Below are positions 59,278-64,000 of a stretch of 64,000 bases of DNA, piece after piece. A model generated the notes under the pieces. The model was given only the letters and a program-made list of their open reading frames with translations, was not told the DNA's origin and searched no databases. This DNA is from Armatimonadota bacterium (GTDB lineage Bacteria > Armatimonadota > UBA10988). The stretch is from NCBI GenBank assembly GCA_016235455.1, contig JACRKZ010000073.1, positions 14,175-78,174 on the forward strand, written 5' to 3'. The translations under genes were made by a program, and so were the position numbers. Within the stretch, counting starts at the first letter, position 1; each line of letters starts with the position of its first letter.

Positions 59278-60275
59278 AACTGCTGGTCACCGGCGGCGCC
59301 GGGTTCATTGGCACCAACTTCGTGCGACGCTGGCGTGAGCACTACGCCGGCGACACGCTCGTGGTGCTCGACAAGCTGACCTATGCCGGCTGCCGGGAGA
59401 ACCTGGACGGGCTCGGCGTCGAGTTCATCCACGGCGACATCTGCGACGAGGAGACGGTGCGGCGCGCCATGGACGGCTGCGAGTTCGTCGTCCACTTCGC
59501 CGCCGAGAGCCATGTCGACCGCAGCCTGTATGGCGGCGCCGAGTTCCTGCGCACCAGCGTCAATGGCACCTACACACTGCTCGAGGCGGCGCGCGTGGTG
59601 CAGCCCAGCCGGTTCCTGATGATCAGCACCGACGAGGTCTATGGGCCGGTGCCCAGCGGCCACAGCCTGGAGACCGACGAGTTGCTGCCCAGCAGTCCGT
59701 ATGCCGCCAGCAAGGCCGCCGCCGACCGGCTGGCGTTCAGCTACTTCATCACCCACAAGCTGCCAGTGGTCATCACGCGCTCGTCGAACAACTACGGCCC
59801 CTACCAGTACCCCGAGAAGCAGTTGCCGTTCTTCACCACCCAAGCCATCGACGACCAGCCGATCCCCATCTATGGCGACGGCGGCGCCTATCGCGACTGG
59901 CTGCACGTGGATGACAACTGCGCCGGTGTGGAGGTCGCGTTGCGCCGCGGCGAGCCCGGCCAGGTGTACAACATCGGCGCCTACAACCAGCGCAGCATCA
60001 TCGAGAATGCGCGCCTCATCCTTGATGAGCTGGGCAAGCCGGAGGCGCTGCTGCGCTTTGTGGAGAGCGAGAGCATTCGACCCGGCCACGACGTGCGCTA
60101 CAGCGTGGACTGCCAGAAGCTGCAAGCGCTTGGCTGGCAGCCCGAGATCGAGGTGGAAGCGGGCCTGCGCGCCGTGGTGCGGTGGTATGCCGACCACCGC
60201 GACTGGTGGGAGATGATGCGCGCGCGCTCCAAGGAGTTCTTCGCCCGGCACTATGGCGGGCATCTGAAAGGCTAG
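59274..60275 (+). CDS. rfbB: dTDP-glucose 4,6-dehydratase
   Basis: TGGAGFIG, DKLTYAG, HFAAESHVDRS, STDEVYG, PSSPYAASKA, NNYGPYQYPEK, RPGHD.RY. Confidence 0.95.
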   Translation: MKLLVTGGAGFIGTNFVRRWREHYAGDTLVVLDKLTYAGCRENLDGLGVEFIHGDICDEETVRRAMDGCEFVVHFAAESHVDRSLYGGAEFLRTSVNGTYTLLEAARVVQPSRFLMISTDEVYGPVPSGHSLETDELLPSSPYAASKAAADRLAFSYFITHKLPVVITRSSNNYGPYQYPEKQLPFFTTQAIDDQPIPIYGDGGAYRDWLHVDDNCAGVEVALRRGEPGQVYNIGAYNQRSIIENARLILDELGKPEALLRFVESESIRPGHDVRYSVDCQKLQALGWQPEIEVEAGLRAVVRWYADHRDWWEMMRARSKEFFARHYGGHLKG

Positions 60276-60278
60276 ACG

Positions 60279-61982
60279 ATGGCAGCAGACGGATCGCGGT
60301 GGCGGCCCAGGGCATGGCGACGGGCTTGGCCCGTGCTGGCCTGGCCGGCGGTGGCTTGGGCCTTGTTGGCCCTCGCGGGATGTGGCGCGGCGCTGCAGGC
60401 CGAGGATTCGCAGACGCAGGACCTGGTCCGGCGGGCGCGCGAATCCTATGGTGCCAAGCAGTACGAGCAGGCCGAGACCGCAGCCGGCGAGGCGCTCAAG
60501 CGCGCCGCCGACAATCCGCAGGCGCTCTACCTGCGTGGCCTGGCTCGCGTGGCGCGCAAGCAGTATGCGCTCGGCCGCGACGACCTCGAGGCGGCGCAGA
60601 AGGCCGACCCGATGCTGCTGTTCACGTCGGGCAACAAGGCCGAGTTCGAGAACGCGCTACGCATCGCCCGAGAGAACACCATGACCGCGCTGGACGGCGC
60701 CAAGCCGTCGCCCGGCAAGTCGGACAAGCCGGCATCGCCGACCGCGGCCAAGCCGGCGCCCGCCAAGCTGGTGGCCACGGGCGACCCCATGCTGGACGCC
60801 GTCAAGCGCGCCGGTACGGTGCTCCAGGACCTGTCTGGCTCCGAGCCGACCAAGCTCGGACCCGATCAGCTGAAGGTGCTGCGCGACGCGGTGCAGCCGT
60901 TCGAGCGCAAGCAAGTGGCGGTCAAGCTGCTGGTCGCCAAGGCCGGCGTCGACCCAGTCAAGGAGGCCCAACGGCTGCATCTGGCCGCGACGCAAGGCCC
61001 GGCCACGGTGGTCGTGGTCGCCAGCGCCGACGGCAAGATCGGTCTCTACCATCCGGCTGTGACGGCTAGCGAGGCCAACGACCTCGTCGCCAAGGCCACG
61101 GCGGAGAACAGCAAGGAGAGCCTGGCGCGCAAGCTCGTGGCCACGCTTGGGCTGTTGGCGCCGAAGGTGCAGGCGCCGCCGGCGGTGCCCGAGGCCAAGC
61201 CGCTGCCCCCGACGGCCCCCGTCGGACCGACCGCGCCCATGCCCGTGCCGGCCGGGCCCGCACCGTGGATGTACGGCGTCGCCGGCCTGGGTGCCGTGCT
61301 GGCGTTGGTCGTCCTGGCCAAGCTCATCGGCCGATTGCGCGCTGGCCAGCGCCTGGCGCGCGGCTTCCAGGCGGCGCGGCCGCAGCTCGACGCCGTGGCC
61401 CAGGGCCTGGGCGCGGTGGCCACCGGCCTGCGCGCCAAGCGCGACCGCGGCGCCGAGGTGGCGCAGCAGGCGGCCGAACTGGCCTACTTCGATGCCCTGG
61501 CCATGATGGCCCAGGCCAGCGAGGGTGAGGTGGCCGACACGGCGCGGGTCGAGCGGGCCGTGCGCCTGCTGGATGAGGCGCAGGCCAAGGTGGCCGAGGC
61601 CCAGGCCAGCCTGGCCAGCGCCGCCGACCGGCCGTCACCGCGGCCCGGCTACTGCTTCTTCACCGCGCGGTTGTTGCCCGACGCCCGCGACGCCGACCGC
61701 GTCGACCTGCGCCGCGGCGATGTGCGGCTCACGGTGCTGGCCAGTCGCGAAGCCGGCGAGGTGCTGCGTCGCGGCGGCGTGCCAACGGTGCGTGTGGTCA
61801 ACGGCCGACACTGGTCGCAGTGTGCCGAATTCGTGCCCGAGACGGACTTCTACAGCGACCGCTGCGGCCGCGCGTTCGTGCCGGTGACCGAACTGGCCTG
61901 GACGTTCACCGGCGAGGAGCCGCTGTTCGTGCCGTCCGAGGGTCGGCCCGACTACAAGATAGACCTGTCCAGCCCGGCCTGA
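60279..61982 (+). CDS. Membrane-anchored TPR plus TPM-like domain protein
   Basis: LAG-C lipobox or signal, TPR repeats, Pro linkers, single TM helix, helical cytoplasmic tail with YCFF. Confidence 0.6.
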   Translation: MAADGSRWRPRAWRRAWPVLAWPAVAWALLALAGCGAALQAEDSQTQDLVRRARESYGAKQYEQAETAAGEALKRAADNPQALYLRGLARVARKQYALGRDDLEAAQKADPMLLFTSGNKAEFENALRIARENTMTALDGAKPSPGKSDKPASPTAAKPAPAKLVATGDPMLDAVKRAGTVLQDLSGSEPTKLGPDQLKVLRDAVQPFERKQVAVKLLVAKAGVDPVKEAQRLHLAATQGPATVVVVASADGKIGLYHPAVTASEANDLVAKATAENSKESLARKLVATLGLLAPKVQAPPAVPEAKPLPPTAPVGPTAPMPVPAGPAPWMYGVAGLGAVLALVVLAKLIGRLRAGQRLARGFQAARPQLDAVAQGLGAVATGLRAKRDRGAEVAQQAAELAYFDALAMMAQASEGEVADTARVERAVRLLDEAQAKVAEAQASLASAADRPSPRPGYCFFTARLLPDARDADRVDLRRGDVRLTVLASREAGEVLRRGGVPTVRVVNGRHWSQCAEFVPETDFYSDRCGRAFVPVTELAWTFTGEEPLFVPSEGRPDYKIDLSSPA

Positions 61983-61985
61983 CGG

Positions 61986-63077
61986 TCATTTGGTCAGTAG
62001 CACTTCGGTGATCGTGATGGTGTTCTCGCCCTGCGCCTGACCCATCAACACATCGACGTCGATGAGCGACAGCCGATTGACCAGACCAAGCTGGAGCGGG
62101 CCGTCGCCCTTGGGCTTGTCCTTCTCGTCGAGTTGGAACTTGGTGATAGGCAGCACCAGCGTCTCTTTCTGGCCGCCGCCCTTCAGTTGGGCCGTGCTGA
62201 TGAAGTTGCGCTCGGGTCGGGTGGCTCGGTTCTCTTCTTGCAGGCTGAAGGCCACGTTGCGCGCCTGCAGCGAGCTGAGCGTGATGGCCACGTTGCCCGC
62301 GCCGTCGGCCGGCAACTGACCCAGGATGCTGATCGCCGCGGGCAGGCTGCCGGCCGGCGTCTGCGCCGGGTACTTCCACACCAGGGCCTTGGCCACCGCG
62401 TCCTGTGTGAGCGAGCCGCTTAGCGCCAGCCAGGTCACGTAGTCGGCCTGGAAGTCATCCAGCAGGTACGGCAACTCGTGCTTGGACGAATACGCGGTCG
62501 GCGCGTCGTCGGTGTCGATCTGAAAGTCGTCGAGCCAGAGCACGCGCGCGCCCGGCGGCTGCTTGGCCAGCGGCAGCATGCTCGACAGATCAGCCAGCGC
62601 CAGGCCGGCAGGCTTGTCCAGGTCGAGCCGGGCGTTGTCGTCGGTGGTGTCGTCCGACAGGCGCAGGCGGTCGTAGGAGATCTCCACGTGCTGCCAGCGA
62701 CCGGCGAACGAGGGGAAGGCGCTGACATAGCGTGCGCCGCCCGGCTCCTGCACCAGCAGCGCCATGATGGCGTCGTGGCTGGTGGCCAGCCAGAAGCGGA
62801 ACGAGCGTGCCCCGGTCAGCGCGGGCAGTTCGGCCTTGCCAATGACGTGCGGTGCGCCCTTCTCCTTCACATCATAGCGGCACTGCAGCGCGCCGCCCTC
62901 GTGCGCCACGGCGCGCTGCGAGGTCAGCGCGGCGGCATTCGGGTCGAAGTCGACCCAGCCGCCGGCGTCGCTGTCGAACTTCTCGCGGTACAGCGCGGCC
63001 TCCTCGGCGGCACGGGCCAGACCGGGGTAGAGCAGCAGTGACGCCAGCACCAACAGGACAGGCCTTGGGACAGACAT
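61986..63077 (-). CDS. Secreted protein with two carbohydrate-binding-like (CBM11/CIA30-like) beta domains
   Basis: Signal peptide; FRFWL, WQHVEI, LWLDDF, LLDDFQ. Confidence 0.6.
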   Translation of the reverse strand: MSVPRPVLLVLASLLLYPGLARAAEEAALYREKFDSDAGGWVDFDPNAAALTSQRAVAHEGGALQCRYDVKEKGAPHVIGKAELPALTGARSFRFWLATSHDAIMALLVQEPGGARYVSAFPSFAGRWQHVEISYDRLRLSDDTTDDNARLDLDKPAGLALADLSSMLPLAKQPPGARVLWLDDFQIDTDDAPTAYSSKHELPYLLDDFQADYVTWLALSGSLTQDAVAKALVWKYPAQTPAGSLPAAISILGQLPADGAGNVAITLSSLQARNVAFSLQEENRATRPERNFISTAQLKGGGQKETLVLPITKFQLDEKDKPKGDGPLQLGLVNRLSLIDVDVLMGQAQGENTITITEVLLTK

Positions 63078-63115
63078 GGATCGGGCTCCAGGGTTGAGCG
63101 TTGCCAGTCAGTTCG

Positions 63116-64000
63116 TCATGGGGTCAGCATGACCTCGTTGAGGCGCAGTGCGTTCTCGTTGGCGGCCCGGTTGCTCATGCAGTCCAGATCGGCGAGCACC
63201 AACCGGCTGACGCGGTCCACATGCATCGGGCCGGGCTGTGGCTTGTCCTTCTTGTCGTCGAGCTGGAACTTGGCCAATGGCAGCACCAGCGTCTCCTGCT
63301 CGTCACCACCACGCAGCGGCAGGATGGAAACGAAGCTGCGCTCGGGTCGGCCTGGCCGCTTCTCCTCTTGCAGCGCGACGATGAGCACGCGCGACTCCCG
63401 ACTGGACAGTGTCAGCACCAGGTTCGCAGCGCCTTCGGCGGGCAGCTGGCCGAGGATGGTCAGTAGCGCGACGAACGCCCCTTCGGGTGCCTTGGCCGGA
63501 TAGCGCCAGACCAGCTCGCCGGCGGCGGGATCGTGCGTCAGCGTGCCAACCGGCGCCAGCCACGACACGTAGTCGGCCTGGAAGTCGTCGAGCAGATAGG
63601 GCAGCGTATGCTTGGCGGAGTAGGCGGTGGGGGCCTCGTCCTTGTCCACGCGCCAGTCGTCGACCCACAACCGGTGCTGGCCCAGGACACGCTGGGTCAT
63701 GGGGAAGGCGCCGCACAGGTCGACCAGGCCGAAGGCGTCGACGCTGTCGAGGTCGAGTTGGTCGTTGGCGTCCTTCGATTCGTCGTCGAGCCGGAGTCGG
63801 TCGGGCGAGACCTCCACCTGCTGCCAACGGTTGGCCTGCGAGGAGAAGGCGGTGATGTAGCGCGCGCCGCCTTTCTCCTGGACCAGCAACGCCATCATGG
63901 TTGTGGCGTCGGTGCGCAGCCAGAAGCGGAAGGCGCGCGCCCCGCGCAGCGAGGGCACGCCCGGCACGATGATGACGTGCGGCTTGCTGTCCGCGCGCAC
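63116..64000 (-). CDS. Tandem paralog of the adjacent carbohydrate-binding-like protein (5' end outside window)
   Basis: Shared blocks GARxFRFWL, MALLVQExGGARY, APTAYSxKHxLPYLLDDFQADYVxWLA, QxETLVLP. Confidence 0.7.
   Translation of the reverse strand: MRADSKPHVIIVPGVPSLRGARAFRFWLRTDATTMMALLVQEKGGARYITAFSSQANRWQQVEVSPDRLRLDDESKDANDQLDLDSVDAFGLVDLCGAFPMTQRVLGQHRLWVDDWRVDKDEAPTAYSAKHTLPYLLDDFQADYVSWLAPVGTLTHDPAAGELVWRYPAKAPEGAFVALLTILGQLPAEGAANLVLTLSSRESRVLIVALQEEKRPGRPERSFVSILPLRGGDEQETLVLPLAKFQLDDKKDKPQPGPMHVDRVSRLVLADLDCMSNRAANENALRLNEVMLTP

Overview
High-GC bacterial chromosomal window, mostly core genome. A DUF1559/H-X9-DG prepilin, many secreted sugar-active proteins and the gene order tentatively suggest an Armatimonadota-like organism (inference). 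It holds the 3' part of rpoC, tRNA-Ile2(CAT), purA, the rpsB-tsf-pyrH-frr-uppS-(cdsA-like)-dxr-rseP cluster with an S2-type leader, a sugar catabolism block (Gfo/Idh/MocA, sialate O-acetylesterase, GH29), ogt-yvlD-rapZ, recQ, two-component genes, purM, tyrS, a GH4 galactosidase, GH26 and rfbB. Most notable: (1) three insertions in RNA polymerase beta-prime, including a probably helical insert in the trigger loop; (2) a gene in the cdsA position with an eroded catalytic signature; (3) an IS200/RAYT-like HUH transposase lacking its catalytic Tyr, flanked by composite palindromes, plus two other REP-like palindrome types; (4) a 1493-aa secreted protein with polymorphic-toxin-like architecture and a C-terminal DxD...HxE domain I cannot assign; (5) a RecQ lacking the usual Zn-binding cysteines. 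No CRISPR array, rRNA or prophage was seen. All calls come from motif recognition by eye; no searches were run.
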